62,134 nt of DNA from an uncultured Verrucomicrobiota bacterium (GTDB lineage: Bacteria > Verrucomicrobiota > Verrucomicrobiia > Limisphaerales > UBA1100). Position numbers and translations under genes: made by a program. Every line of letters starts with the position of its first letter. The stretch's first letter is position 1. Under the pieces are notes generated by a model that saw only the letters and a program-made list of their open reading frames with translations, had not been told where the DNA came from and ran no database searches. The stretch spans positions 1 to 62,134 of the forward strand of contig CACDBG010000004.1 in NCBI GenBank assembly GCA_902551155.1, in the 5' to 3' direction. This document shows, piece after piece, positions 30,618-40,726 of this stretch.

Positions 30618-31516
30618 TTTCTGTACCTAATTAAATTCAGAAGATCATTTATTTCATTCGTCAAATCATAATTAGGTGTGGAAGGTTTTTGTTTAGAGCA
30701 AAGAAAGCCAACTAAGTGCCCGTCATATATAACTGATGTAGCAAGGATGGAAAATCCTACATCTTGTAATATGTTGAATGTGGATTGATAGGAGAAGTTA
30801 TGAGGATGATCAAGTTTAATGCTCTTTTCTATGCCGCGATTGATTAACATGTACTTAAAATCAACAATATCGATAAAGAAAATACCATCATTAGTTAATG
30901 CATGATAAATAATAGTTAACGATTTTCTTATATCAAATAAATGATCAATTGTTTGGCATAATATAATTAAATTATATTTCTCATCTATACCCTCCAGGTT
31001 TTCAATAAAACCATTTTTTATATTTAATCCATTTTCTTTAGCTATAGCTAGCTCATCCATTGATGGATCTATGACTGTTGCATCAACGTCTATGCCATCA
31101 TAGTTATTGGTAAATTCATCTTTTAAAGCTTTTGATACAATCCCTGTGGATCCACCAACATCGAGTAAATTGATCTTATCAAATTTGTTAACTATATGTG
31201 GCTTTATGAATTCATATACACTGTTTGCGTATACTTCTTGTTCATTCTGAATTGTTATTTTATCAATTTTCCTTTTGTTAAAACAGCTAACTAATTGTCT
31301 GTAAGACTTATTGTAGAATTCCATATAACTTTCTTCACTCATGCGAGGAGAAATAAACACAACGCCACAAGACATACACAAATTACTTCTAACATCATAT
31401 CCGTATCGATCTTTGTCATATATAGAAAAGTAGTTATTTGACCCACAGCAAGTGCATTCTTTGACACAAACCATGTTTTTATTTTTATAATCAAATAAAT
31501 GGGTGCAGCTATTCAT
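30614..31516 (-). CDS. Class I SAM-dependent methyltransferase with an N-terminal zinc-ribbon
   Basis: CTCC...CMSCG cysteine pairs; motifs LLDVGGSTG, IDPS and QTIDHL. Confidence 0.8.
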   Translation of the reverse strand: MNSCTHLFDYKNKNMVCVKECTCCGSNNYFSIYDKDRYGYDVRSNLCMSCGVVFISPRMSEESYMEFYNKSYRQLVSCFNKRKIDKITIQNEQEVYANSVYEFIKPHIVNKFDKINLLDVGGSTGIVSKALKDEFTNNYDGIDVDATVIDPSMDELAIAKENGLNIKNGFIENLEGIDEKYNLIILCQTIDHLFDIRKSLTIIYHALTNDGIFFIDIVDFKYMLINRGIEKSIKLDHPHNFSYQSTFNILQDVGFSILATSVIYDGHLVGFLCSKQKPSTPNYDLTNEINDLLNLIRYRK

Positions 31517-31574
31517 ATTATTTTTTTAAAATAATTTTCTAAAACTCAATCAACATTTGTTAAAACCATCTGCA

Positions 31575-31667
31575 ATTCCGTTGCTTGAACGCATATTTTT
31601 CCCTGAGACTCCCCTTTGGAACCTCTCTGGCAGACGACAGGCCTAAGACAAGTTTCTGTAGCCTCAT
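31575..31667 (-). pseudogene. Degraded 5' remnant of a neuA-like cytidylyltransferase
   Basis: The ATG overlaps the upstream stop (ATGA). With two small indels the sequence reads MRLQKLVLGLSSAR-G-GSKGVSGKNMR, matching the NeuA PARGGSKG...KN motif. Confidence 0.65.
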
Positions 31668-32623
31668 GCCATATATCCCAACTCCCCGACGGCTAACTCC
31701 GCCATCCGCTCCTCGGTAATATGCATCGCGTCACTGGTGCAGCCTCCGATATGAGGAGTGATAATCACATTCAACCCATCTCGTGCAGCACTCACTAAAG
31801 GGGATTCCATTGGCGAAACCTTCGAATGTTCATCGTGGAGAACATCGACGGCCACACCTCCCAGTCGATTTGCGCGAATCGCCTCCCCTGCCGCATGTTC
31901 GTCAAGCAAGGCCCCGCGAGCGGTGTTGACTACAAGGGCATGCGAAGGGAGTCTTGTTATTTCTGAAGGCCCTATTAGGCGATGGTTTTCGGACGTTAGC
32001 TTCGCATGAATAGTAAGGATGTCAACATCGGCCATCAGGGAATCAAGGTTCCTCCGTTCTACCAGAAGTTCTTCAAAACGAGCTTCCGGCTGGAAAGGGT
32101 CGTAGGCGAGCATGCGCATCCCAAGTGCCTTGCCATAAAGAGCGAGGTGCCCGCCTATTCGTCCCAACCCGATAATACCTAACGTTAAGCTGGAAAGTTG
32201 GCGACTCCGATAAGCGTCACGGTCCCATAGCCTTTCATGCACCACCTCGCGGTTAGCTTGGGGAATCTTTCGAAGTAGGCTGATGATCAGGCCCAAGGTT
32301 AATTCAGAGGTGGAAGTGACTTCATCAATCGCCTCCTTGCATTGGGCCAAAGACAAAACTCGAATACGACGTTCTCTGCAAACGTTCATATCGATATGAG
32401 TGAGTCCCGTGGTAGGGGAAACTATGGCCTTTAAGGCAGGGTATCTCGAGAGATATTCTTCGTCCATTCGGTGGGCTAAGCGAACCACCAACACCTTAAC
32501 CTCTTCGAAGCGATTTACCGGAATTTGACCTAGGAAAACCTCTCCGAATGCCTTGCGATACAGATTGATAGCTCGCTCACTGTAGTGAGCTGACTCAGTG
32601 ATAAGCAGCGCCATAATTCTCAA
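31664..32623 (-). CDS. D-isomer-specific 2-hydroxyacid dehydrogenase (SerA-like, no ACT domain)
   Basis: Motifs TTGLTHID, LGIIGLGRIG, VNTARG, AVDV and ITPHIGG. Confidence 0.88.
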   Translation of the reverse strand: MRIMALLITESAHYSERAINLYRKAFGEVFLGQIPVNRFEEVKVLVVRLAHRMDEEYLSRYPALKAIVSPTTGLTHIDMNVCRERRIRVLSLAQCKEAIDEVTSTSELTLGLIISLLRKIPQANREVVHERLWDRDAYRSRQLSSLTLGIIGLGRIGGHLALYGKALGMRMLAYDPFQPEARFEELLVERRNLDSLMADVDILTIHAKLTSENHRLIGPSEITRLPSHALVVNTARGALLDEHAAGEAIRANRLGGVAVDVLHDEHSKVSPMESPLVSAARDGLNVIITPHIGGCTSDAMHITEERMAELAVGELGYMA

Positions 32624-33783
32624 CGAAGGGGATAGTGGAGCTTTTTTTGAGAATAAGGAACGAATCTCTTTAGTTTCTCGATAATGCGAGCACTTGCGTT
32701 GCCGTCACCATAAATGGTGCCGGGTTCATATCGGCCATTGTCCAGCTGTAGCTGAACAGCCGACTTGATTTGATCGGCGACAGGTGCGACGACAGTCAAA
32801 TTATCACCGTGTTCTCTACCATCCTGTCGGTCCCCAATTAATACTACTGGTGTTCCAGAAAAAGTAGAGTCACGTACAAAACTCGAGGAGTTACCGACAG
32901 CGCAAATCGCCTTCTTTAAACACTTTTGAAAATACTTGGGGCTGAGATTTTTTATTAAATGTAACCATTCCGAGGAATTTTTTTCGCGGTAGACTCGAAT
33001 TGCCTTTGATATGTTGTCGCTCCCCGCATCAATATTTGGCCAAAGCCAAACCGTAGGCAAAGCCAATTCATGGAGCGCAGCGATCAACTGCTCTGCTTCC
33101 TCTCTTTCGTTTCCGAATTTCGTTGTAACTGGATGATAAATGACGAGCAAAAAGGGTCTTTCTAAATCAATACTTGCGCCAACCCCTCCCCATGTGAAGA
33201 TATCAACGGGTAAATCGGTATCTAATTCCCGAATATAATCCCCAGCAGGACAGCCCACGTTATGCACGTAGGCAGGATCCTCTCCCATTCTCACTAAATA
33301 ATCTGCTGCTCGTTCTGTTGCCGGAAAATGAAGATGAGAGAACTTTGTAATAGCATGACGAGCACTCTCGTCAATAGACCCAGAAATCTCACCCCCTTGG
33401 ATATGGGCTATAGGAATGTTCATATAGGCTCCTGCGATTGCGGCGGATAAGGTTTCATTTCTATCCCCAATGAGCAAAATCATGTCCGGCTGCAATTGCT
33501 GGTAAACGTTAGTAAATTCAATGATTCCCAAACCAATGCTCTTAGCCATCGTGACAGGAACTGAGCCCTCCACTTCCATGAAAACTCGGCGATCTATCGA
33601 AAAGCCATCTTCTTCGACCACTTTTGCGGCATTTCCGAAACGTCCCAACAGCATCGTTCCCCCGCAGACTGTCTGCAGTGTAAATTCATTATCCTCAACA
33701 ATAGCCCGCATAACAGGAAACATGCGGCCGTAATTAGCCCGATCAACCAACACCACACAAATCTTACGAATCTTTTGGCTCAT
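32620..33783 (-). CDS. neuC: UDP-N-acetylglucosamine 2-epimerase (hydrolysing)
   Basis: Motifs RANYG, IGDRNE, HIQGGEISGSIDES.RHAITK, HPVT, GNSSS and GDRQDGRE. ATG at 33783 preferred. Confidence 0.9.
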   Translation of the reverse strand: MSQKIRKICVVLVDRANYGRMFPVMRAIVEDNEFTLQTVCGGTMLLGRFGNAAKVVEEDGFSIDRRVFMEVEGSVPVTMAKSIGLGIIEFTNVYQQLQPDMILLIGDRNETLSAAIAGAYMNIPIAHIQGGEISGSIDESARHAITKFSHLHFPATERAADYLVRMGEDPAYVHNVGCPAGDYIRELDTDLPVDIFTWGGVGASIDLERPFLLVIYHPVTTKFGNEREEAEQLIAALHELALPTVWLWPNIDAGSDNISKAIRVYREKNSSEWLHLIKNLSPKYFQKCLKKAICAVGNSSSFVRDSTFSGTPVVLIGDRQDGREHGDNLTVVAPVADQIKSAVQLQLDNGRYEPGTIYGDGNASARIIEKLKRFVPYSQKKLHYPLR

Positions 33784-34813
33784 AAAGATCTTCTTCTTGT
33801 AGTTGCTCGTTCTGATCATACTTCCGCATTACTGCTTTACCAAGTATTCGGTCGATATCTTTACCCAAAATTCCTGTCCCTGGCTTTTTAAAAGTAAGGT
33901 CGTCTAAGGCCAGAACATGCCCTTTATCCAATTTATTTTTTGCATGAATACTCCGGCCGAAAAGCACTTTGAGTTCCTTCATTCCATTACTTAGTTTATC
34001 TTTATCAGTTGGAGCAGCTAACATTCTTTCAGTATAACGAACTCCTTCTACAAGTTGTGAGACCTCGTCGATCGTTAAGGAAGCAGAAACATCTGGCCCA
34101 AAGCAATCCCTAGACAACACCACATGTGTCTCCAGTAGAGACACACCCATCGAGGCCGCCGCCAATCCAGGATATATGGTTCCTGAATGATCTGAAAGGC
34201 CCACTGGGCACATATACCTCTCGCGTATTTCATTTAGCACATTCAAACCTATTTCCTCAGGCGAACAAGGGTATGCCGTTGTACACTGAAATACCGCCGC
34301 CTGACTGCCTCTTTTGCTAACTTCAGTGACAGCCATATCCACTTCGGACCACGAAGACATCCCCGTTGAAATAAGAACTGGTTTCCCCGTTTGTGCCACC
34401 TTTCGTATAAGGGGAAGATTTTCAACATCCCCGGAGCCAATTTTCCAAGCCGGAATGTCCAATGACTCCAGCAGCTCCACTGCCTCCAGCGAGAAAGGAG
34501 TCGATAGAAAGATCAGGCCTTTGTCATTCGCATGCGCTGCCAAGCCTTGCCATTGCTCATGAGTAAACTCCATTCTCTTCCAATAATCGTATCGGGTATC
34601 ATCCTGCGGAAAACATTTTACCCGGAATCGTTCGTCGGTAGAGGATTCCGCCCTGGCTATGTGAGTTTGGAACTTTACCGCCTGCACCCCTGTCTTGGAT
34701 ATAGCATCTACATAGGCGTGTGCCATACCCAAACTGCCGTCATGAGCCTGCCCCACTTCAGCAATCATAAAACACTTATTGCCTGATCCTATTTTCTCTT
34801 CGCCTATAAACAT
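33764..34813 (-). CDS. neuB: N-acetylneuraminate/nonulosonate synthase
   Basis: Motifs IAEVGQAHDGS, VKFQ, STPFS, KIGSG, STGMS, GLSDH and ETH, plus a C-terminal SAF domain (KKPGTGI). Confidence 0.92.
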   Translation of the reverse strand: MFIGEEKIGSGNKCFMIAEVGQAHDGSLGMAHAYVDAISKTGVQAVKFQTHIARAESSTDERFRVKCFPQDDTRYDYWKRMEFTHEQWQGLAAHANDKGLIFLSTPFSLEAVELLESLDIPAWKIGSGDVENLPLIRKVAQTGKPVLISTGMSSWSEVDMAVTEVSKRGSQAAVFQCTTAYPCSPEEIGLNVLNEIRERYMCPVGLSDHSGTIYPGLAAASMGVSLLETHVVLSRDCFGPDVSASLTIDEVSQLVEGVRYTERMLAAPTDKDKLSNGMKELKVLFGRSIHAKNKLDKGHVLALDDLTFKKPGTGILGKDIDRILGKAVMRKYDQNEQLQEEDLYEPKDS

Positions 34814-34897
34814 TTGCCGTGTCGCTTCATCCTAAGCGCTAAAGAGCCTAATTCTTTAAAATTATCTGACTTTTTAGAACATCACTTTCATTTGATG

Positions 34898-35908
34898 TTA
34901 CTTCTTCATCGCTCGAGAGACCCATTCATCATTTTTAAGGTACCATTCAACTGTCTCCCTTATTCCGTGCTCAAATGTGTATTCCGGCACCCAGCCTAAC
35001 TCACGTTTAATTTTTGTAGCATCTATCGCATAGCGACGGTCATGGCCAGGCCGATCAGGAACAAACTTTATTAGTTGAGATGAGTCTCCTCCCAAATGTG
35101 GTGCCAAATCATCAATAATATTACATATTAATTTAACGATTCGAAGATTAGCCCATTCCGAGTTCCCTCCAATATTATATGTTTCTCCATTTTTCCCACT
35201 ATTTAGCACCTCCCAAAGCGCTTGTACATGATCCAGTACATATAGCCAGTCCCTCACGTTCATCCCATCCCCGTATATCGGAATCGGCTGTCGATTAACG
35301 ATGTTATGTATTACTACTGGAATGAGTTTTTCCGGGTACTGATAGGGGCCGTAATTATTAGAGCAATTGGTGATGACCGCCGGAAAATTATAAGTATGAT
35401 AATAAGATTTTACTAGCATATCACTAGAAGCCTTGCTCGCTGAATAAGGAGAGCTTGGAGCATAAGGAGTGTCCTCTGTAAACAGCCCTTCTGCCCCCAG
35501 GCTGCCATAAACTTCATCCGTAGAAACATGCAAGAAGCGTTTTCCTGGGAATGAATCCCCCCAAAACTTTCGGCACGATTCAATGAGGTTAAATGTTCCT
35601 ACTATGTTTGTTTCAATAAACTCAGCAGGGCCAACAATAGATCTGTCTACGTGGCTCTCGGCTGCCAAATGCATTACATGTGTAATGTCGTACTTTTCAA
35701 CCACTCTTGTAACCGATTGTTTATCTCGAAGATCCACTTCAGCAAAATTGTAGTTCGGAGAATCATTAAAATCAGCTATGCTCTCCTGATTTCCCGCATA
35801 AGTTAAACAGTCCAGATTAACAACGCAGCTAATTTCTGGGTAGTCTATTACGTGTCGAATCAAATTTGACCCAATAAACCCAGCTCCTCCAGTGACCAAC
35901 AACTTCAT
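34898..35908 (-). CDS. rfbB: dTDP-glucose 4,6-dehydratase
   Basis: Motifs VTGGAGFIGS, LTYAGN, AAESHVDRSI, STDEVYG, YSASK, NNYGPYQYPEKLIP and DRPGHDRRYA. Confidence 0.95.
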   Translation of the reverse strand: MKLLVTGGAGFIGSNLIRHVIDYPEISCVVNLDCLTYAGNQESIADFNDSPNYNFAEVDLRDKQSVTRVVEKYDITHVMHLAAESHVDRSIVGPAEFIETNIVGTFNLIESCRKFWGDSFPGKRFLHVSTDEVYGSLGAEGLFTEDTPYAPSSPYSASKASSDMLVKSYYHTYNFPAVITNCSNNYGPYQYPEKLIPVVIHNIVNRQPIPIYGDGMNVRDWLYVLDHVQALWEVLNSGKNGETYNIGGNSEWANLRIVKLICNIIDDLAPHLGGDSSQLIKFVPDRPGHDRRYAIDATKIKRELGWVPEYTFEHGIRETVEWYLKNDEWVSRAMKK

Positions 35909-35921
35909 AATATCAGTTCGA

Positions 35922-36872
35922 CTAAGTGACCCAATTACCAAGGGCATCCTGTAGTGCTTCCTCTACAGGCCGAATATTTATTCCTGCTGACATAAGTTTT
36001 GTGACATCAAGAATGCAATTGGATCGGGGCGTTTTCGCTCCAAACCTATAAAACTCTTCGTCGTTCTCCCAAAACTCAAAATCTTTATCAGGCTGAATGG
36101 TGCGCTTGATTAGTTCTACTACTTGCTTCGTCGAAACAAAGCCCGGGTTGGTTACATTATATATGCCAAACGGGGCTTCCTGGCTCCAGAGGTCGAGACA
36201 GGCGCAGACAAAATCACCCCGGTGCGAGAGGGAGTTGACATTATCGTAAACTCTACCATAACTCTGAATCTTCGTAAGGTAATTGCGCGGATTGTCAATT
36301 TCATCAAATGGGATTCGTAACCGCCAAAGGTAACCCCGAGGGAGATTTGCGATCGCTGACTCCGCTAAAGCTTTGCTGCCACTGTAGAAGCTGCACGGTG
36401 GTTCGTGGAAAGAAAAATTTGGCTGATCGGTCTCCTTAAAACCAGACACTATACTCGGATTCTCCGCAATCAAAGCCTTTAGGGAAGGCTGGGCAAGGTC
36501 CTTCTCCACACGCTCGCAACCTCCCTCAATAACTTTTGCTCCAGAATAAATACAACCACTGGAAACATAGCCCCACGGGACATCCGCAGCCACACAAGCA
36601 TGGGCAACGGTCTGTGCCAAAAGCGCACTCCCTTTCAGAGTGTCGGATTTTGCCCCCTCACATGCATCCACATTGGGCTGACCAACATAGCCAGCAACAT
36701 TAATCACAAATGTTGGCTTCTTGATCCGCATAAACTCCAACAGCACGTCGAAGCGAGTATAATCAAGTTCTCGCCTGGAAATCGCGAGAAAGTTCACTCC
36801 GCGTGCCTTTAGCTCCACAGCAAACGCCTGCCCAACGTACCCTGATGCCCCAAGAAGAAGAACCAATTCCAT
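35922..36872 (-). CDS. NDP-4-keto-6-deoxyhexose reductase (RmlD superfamily; NRS/ER-like 3,5-epimerase/4-reductase)
   Basis: Motifs GASGYVG, AGYVGQPNVDACE, SSGCIY, FYSGSK and LRIPF....NPRNYLTK; lies between rmlA and rmlB. Confidence 0.75.
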   Translation of the reverse strand: MELVLLLGASGYVGQAFAVELKARGVNFLAISRRELDYTRFDVLLEFMRIKKPTFVINVAGYVGQPNVDACEGAKSDTLKGSALLAQTVAHACVAADVPWGYVSSGCIYSGAKVIEGGCERVEKDLAQPSLKALIAENPSIVSGFKETDQPNFSFHEPPCSFYSGSKALAESAIANLPRGYLWRLRIPFDEIDNPRNYLTKIQSYGRVYDNVNSLSHRGDFVCACLDLWSQEAPFGIYNVTNPGFVSTKQVVELIKRTIQPDKDFEFWENDEEFYRFGAKTPRSNCILDVTKLMSAGINIRPVEEALQDALGNWVT

Positions 36873-36882
36873 TATATTTTGT

Positions 36883-37771
36883 TTAGCACAGATTTAATTC
36901 ATTCATAATCTCTTGCAAATACTCGCGATACTCACAATCAGGCATCGCCTTCACTAAATCTTCAAATTGCCCAACGGATAAGAGTCCAGAACGTAGCGCA
37001 GCCTCCTCTGGACATCCGATTTTGATTCCTTGGCGTCTCTCAATGGTCTGCACATACGCCGAAGCGTCTTGTAGGCTGCTGCTCGTGCCCGCATCAAGCC
37101 ACGTAAAGCCACGTTCTATTTTTTGTACGTACAACTTTCCGCGCCGCAAATATTCCGTATTCACATCAGTAATTTCTAGCTCTCCTCGCGCCGAGGGAGT
37201 AAGCGCCTTGGCTATAGTCACAACATTATTGTCATAAAGGTATAAGCCGGGAACAGCGTAATTACTCTTAGGCTTCTTCGGTTTCTCTTCAATGGAGATT
37301 GCTTGCCCTCTGGAATTGAATTCTACCACCCCGTATCGCATGGGGTTATTCACATGGTAACCAAAAACAGTTGCGCCCCCCCCCAAACTCGCCAAAAGCT
37401 TTCTGAAACTCATTTCCCCCATAAAAAATATTATCACCTAGAATGAGCGCAACATGGTCGCTGCCAATAAACGATTCCGCTATAAGGAATGCCTCTGCAA
37501 TACCTGCTGGCTTGGGCTGCTCACGGTACTCAATCGAAAGGCCCCACGTTTTTCCATCTCCAAATAATTCTTGATATCGAGGTAAATCAAGAGGTGAGGA
37601 AATCAGACACAATTCTTCTACCCCGTTCTCGATTAACGTTGTTAATGGATAGTAGACCATAGGCTTATCGTATACCGGCTGGAGCTGTTTGCTTGCCACC
37701 AGCGTAAGCGGGAAAAGTCGCGAGCCAGAACCCCCCGCGAGAATGATCCCCTTCCTGATATTTTCCTTCAT
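36883..37771 (-). pseudogene. rfbA: Glucose-1-phosphate thymidylyltransferase, split by a frameshift in a G9 tract
   Basis: The N-half has [14 protein letters not shown]...SKQL.PVYDKPM and LILGDNIF. The C-half has GATVFGY.V..P.RYGVVEF, EKP, SARGELEITD and WLDAGT. The halves join if G9 (37376-37384) is G8. Confidence 0.92.
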
Positions 37772-37785
37772 AGTATACTTTCCGC

Positions 37786-39075
37786 TCAAGCCTTCCAGAC
37801 TTTCTCTGCAGCGTGTTTACCCTCAGGGATTGCATTACGTGCATCAACAACACTAGAAACACAATCAGTCAAATATTCATAATCCACGCCTTCGTGTGCC
37901 GTGGAAATAATCGCAACGTCATAACTAGTCAACAAATCCCGTTCAAGAAGCTCTGATTTTTTGCCGGCAAATTGGCTATAGTCACGACTAGGCCTGATCA
38001 CAGGGATGTGTGGGTCATGGTATCCAACTTCTGCTCCTAATATTTCTAGTTTCTCCATGAGAACGTAGCTCGGCGATTCCCTATCATCTTCCACATCTGG
38101 CTTATACGCCAAGCCTACGATCAAAACCTTACTTCCATTAATTGTCTTGCCCATAGCCCCTAAGGCTTCTCTCACCTTTTCAATCACAAAATTGGACATA
38201 CTAGTGTTCACCTCTCCTGCGAGCTCAATGAAGCGGGCTTCTGTTCCTACCTGCCTGGCCTTCCAGCTGAGGTAAAAGGGGTCTATTGGGATACAGTGAC
38301 CGCCTAACCCAGGCCCCGGGTAAAAAGGCATAAAACCAAAGGGTTTGGTTTTAGCTGCTTCAATCACCTCCCATACATCGATGCCCATCTTCTGATAAAT
38401 TATCTTGAGTTCATTTACGAGAGCAATATTGACACACCGAAAAATATTTTCGGTTAACTTTGTGGCTTCAGCAACACGGCAACTAGAAACAGGCACCAAA
38501 GTTTCAATGGCGAGGGAGTAAACCTCTTCGCCCTTTTTTAAACACTTCTCTGTATATCCGCCTATAACCTTTGGGATTTTGGCTACCTGACTATCAGGAT
38601 TGCCCGGATCTTCACGTTCTGGCGAATAAACCAAATGAAAATCAACGCCAGCTCTTAAACTACTACCCATTTCTAGTACAGGCCTAAGCTCGTCTTCAGT
38701 TGTTCCGGGATAAGTAGTAGATTCCAATGACACAGTAATTCCATTAGGTAAATGAGGAGCGATTGCCTCACCAGTACTTAGAACATAGGATAAATCCGGT
38801 TCGCGCTTTTCGTTTAGTGGGGTTGGAACACAAATCAACACCGCATCCAATCCCCGTACTCGACTGAAGTCTGTGGCGGCTTCCAGTCGTTTCGCTTCCA
38901 GTTGCTCCGCTAAAATGTAGTCTTTGATATGTTTTATATAAGACTTTCCTTCATTCAGAGAATCAACCTTTGCCTGGTCGATATCTAGCCCCAATACTTT
39001 CGCTCCTGACTTGGCAAATTGAATGGCTAATGGCAGCCCCACATATCCGAGCCCTATGATTCCAATTTTCTTCAT
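37786..39075 (-). CDS. wbpA: UDP-N-acetylhexosamine 6-dehydrogenase (WbpA/TviB-like)
   Basis: Motifs [31 protein letters not shown] and [17 protein letters not shown]. Confidence 0.85.
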   Translation of the reverse strand: MKKIGIIGLGYVGLPLAIQFAKSGAKVLGLDIDQAKVDSLNEGKSYIKHIKDYILAEQLEAKRLEAATDFSRVRGLDAVLICVPTPLNEKREPDLSYVLSTGEAIAPHLPNGITVSLESTTYPGTTEDELRPVLEMGSSLRAGVDFHLVYSPEREDPGNPDSQVAKIPKVIGGYTEKCLKKGEEVYSLAIETLVPVSSCRVAEATKLTENIFRCVNIALVNELKIIYQKMGIDVWEVIEAAKTKPFGFMPFYPGPGLGGHCIPIDPFYLSWKARQVGTEARFIELAGEVNTSMSNFVIEKVREALGAMGKTINGSKVLIVGLAYKPDVEDDRESPSYVLMEKLEILGAEVGYHDPHIPVIRPSRDYSQFAGKKSELLERDLLTSYDVAIISTAHEGVDYEYLTDCVSSVVDARNAIPEGKHAAEKVWKA

Positions 39076-39101
39076 CTAAATAATTGACTCAATTAGCCGA
39101 A

Positions 39102-39938
39102 CTACACGCTTACAGTTTTTAAGTATTGCCTTACGCTGTTGAACCATGCCTTTTTCTCCTTTCTCGCTTCGCGCCAAGCGAGAATCCTTCCTAAAATTTT
39201 AAAGGCACTTTTTTGCGACATAAACTTTGGCAGGCCTCCAGTTGCTCCTCGGCCATAGTGAGCGACAAAAATTTCTTCCCTTCCTTTTAGATAGAATTCT
39301 CCGACACTGGTGAACTTTCTGAATGGGCCTTCTTTATATTCTCGGGTATTCCGTATTTCCAAGGTTTCCCCCTCATGCCCATTATTTAGAAAACGCTCAC
39401 GAACCTGCCAGCCGGTATCAGTATAAACCCCATTCTTGTAGGTTTCCATATTTGGCAAAAAGGAGGAATCAATTTTTCTAAAGCTATTAGTTTCATAAAG
39501 AACTGCATATAAGGTTGGAAAGTCTTTTGGCTTATTTCCTGATGCCTCCGTCCCAATCGCTTTCACTCTGTCGTTCATCCTGCTCAACCAGATGGCGTCC
39601 CAGTCTTTATGTAGAAAAACTACATCAGAATCTACCACCACAAAATAGGGGGTTTCAATTTTGGATGCAAGTATATCTAAGGCTTCGCCATGCCCGGTGC
39701 TTCCGCTGGCTGACTGTTGGTTGAAAATTATGTCTACATTTTCCTCATCCTTACAGAGCGCCTTTAAACACCTAAGATCTTTTAATTTTGAGCCATTATC
39801 ACAAACTATCACTCGATAAGGGCCTTTGGTTAGTAAGCGCAATGATTCCAGTAAAAGCCCGACAAAGTCTGCCGTGTTGTAGTTAACTGTAACAACTGTG
39901 ATTGCTTCGCCTGTATTAATTTTTACTCCCTCAAACAA
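39102..39938 (-). CDS. GT2 family glycosyltransferase
   Basis: Motifs VVTVNYN, VCDNGS and VVDSDV (DxD). Confidence 0.8.
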   Translation of the reverse strand: MFEGVKINTGEAITVVTVNYNTADFVGLLLESLRLLTKGPYRVIVCDNGSKLKDLRCLKALCKDEENVDIIFNQQSASGSTGHGEALDILASKIETPYFVVVDSDVVFLHKDWDAIWLSRMNDRVKAIGTEASGNKPKDFPTLYAVLYETNSFRKIDSSFLPNMETYKNGVYTDTGWQVRERFLNNGHEGETLEIRNTREYKEGPFRKFTSVGEFYLKGREEIFVAHYGRGATGGLPKFMSQKSAFKILGRILAWREARKEKKAWFNSVRQYLKTVSV

Positions 39939-39961
39939 GTGCGTTTAAATTATCATTACTA

Positions 39962-40726
39962 TTAGTTTTTTAATGGACCTTTTCCCTGTTCCCACAGCCC
40001 TTCAAGATAATCTTTATCGCGTTTAGTGTCCATGGGCTGCCAAAACCCTTCGTGTCTATAAGCCATCAATTCTCCCATTTGCGCTGCTTTTTCGAGTGGC
40101 TCTTGTTCCAGCATTGTCTGATCTCCTTCAATCAAGCTAAAGAATTCTGGTTCTATAACAAAAAACCCGCCATTGATCCACCCTTGTCCAACTTGAGGTT
40201 TCTCTTGAAACGAAAGCACTTGATCATTGGCGATTTCCAGCTCACCAAAACGTGCTCCTGGATGAACAGCAGTTACTGTAACCATTTTCCCATGACTCCG
40301 ATGAAACGATTCTAGTTTGGACAAATCTATGTCCGACACTCCGTCTCCATAAGTTAGCATAAAGGTTTCACTGCCAATGCATGACTCCAGTCGCTTCACG
40401 CGCCCGCCAGTTGATGTACTCAGGCCTGTATCGATCAATGTGACCCGCCAATCATTCTTACAAGGCTGGTGCTTAACCACCTTTCCTTCAGATAAATCGA
40501 CAGTAAAATCTGAATGCAAAAAACTGTAGTTCAAAAAATATTCTTTGATCACAGTTGCCTTATAGCCCAAAGCGGCAAAAAAATCTTTATGCCCATAAGA
40601 TGCATAGTGACTCATAATATGGCAAAGAATCGGTTGTCCTCCAATTTTTACCATTGGCTTAGGCATAATACCTCCGGCCTCACCTAATCGGGTTCCAAAG
40701 CCTCCTGCTAAAATAATTACTTTCAT
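39962..40726 (-). CDS. rfbF: Glucose-1-phosphate cytidylyltransferase
   Basis: Motifs ILAGGFGTRL, PKPMV.IG..PIL.HIM, TGGRVKR, TYGDGV, INGGFF and GFWQPMDT.RD. Confidence 0.92.
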   Translation of the reverse strand: MKVIILAGGFGTRLGEAGGIMPKPMVKIGGQPILCHIMSHYASYGHKDFFAALGYKATVIKEYFLNYSFLHSDFTVDLSEGKVVKHQPCKNDWRVTLIDTGLSTSTGGRVKRLESCIGSETFMLTYGDGVSDIDLSKLESFHRSHGKMVTVTAVHPGARFGELEIANDQVLSFQEKPQVGQGWINGGFFVIEPEFFSLIEGDQTMLEQEPLEKAAQMGELMAYRHEGFWQPMDTKRDKDYLEGLWEQGKGPLKN

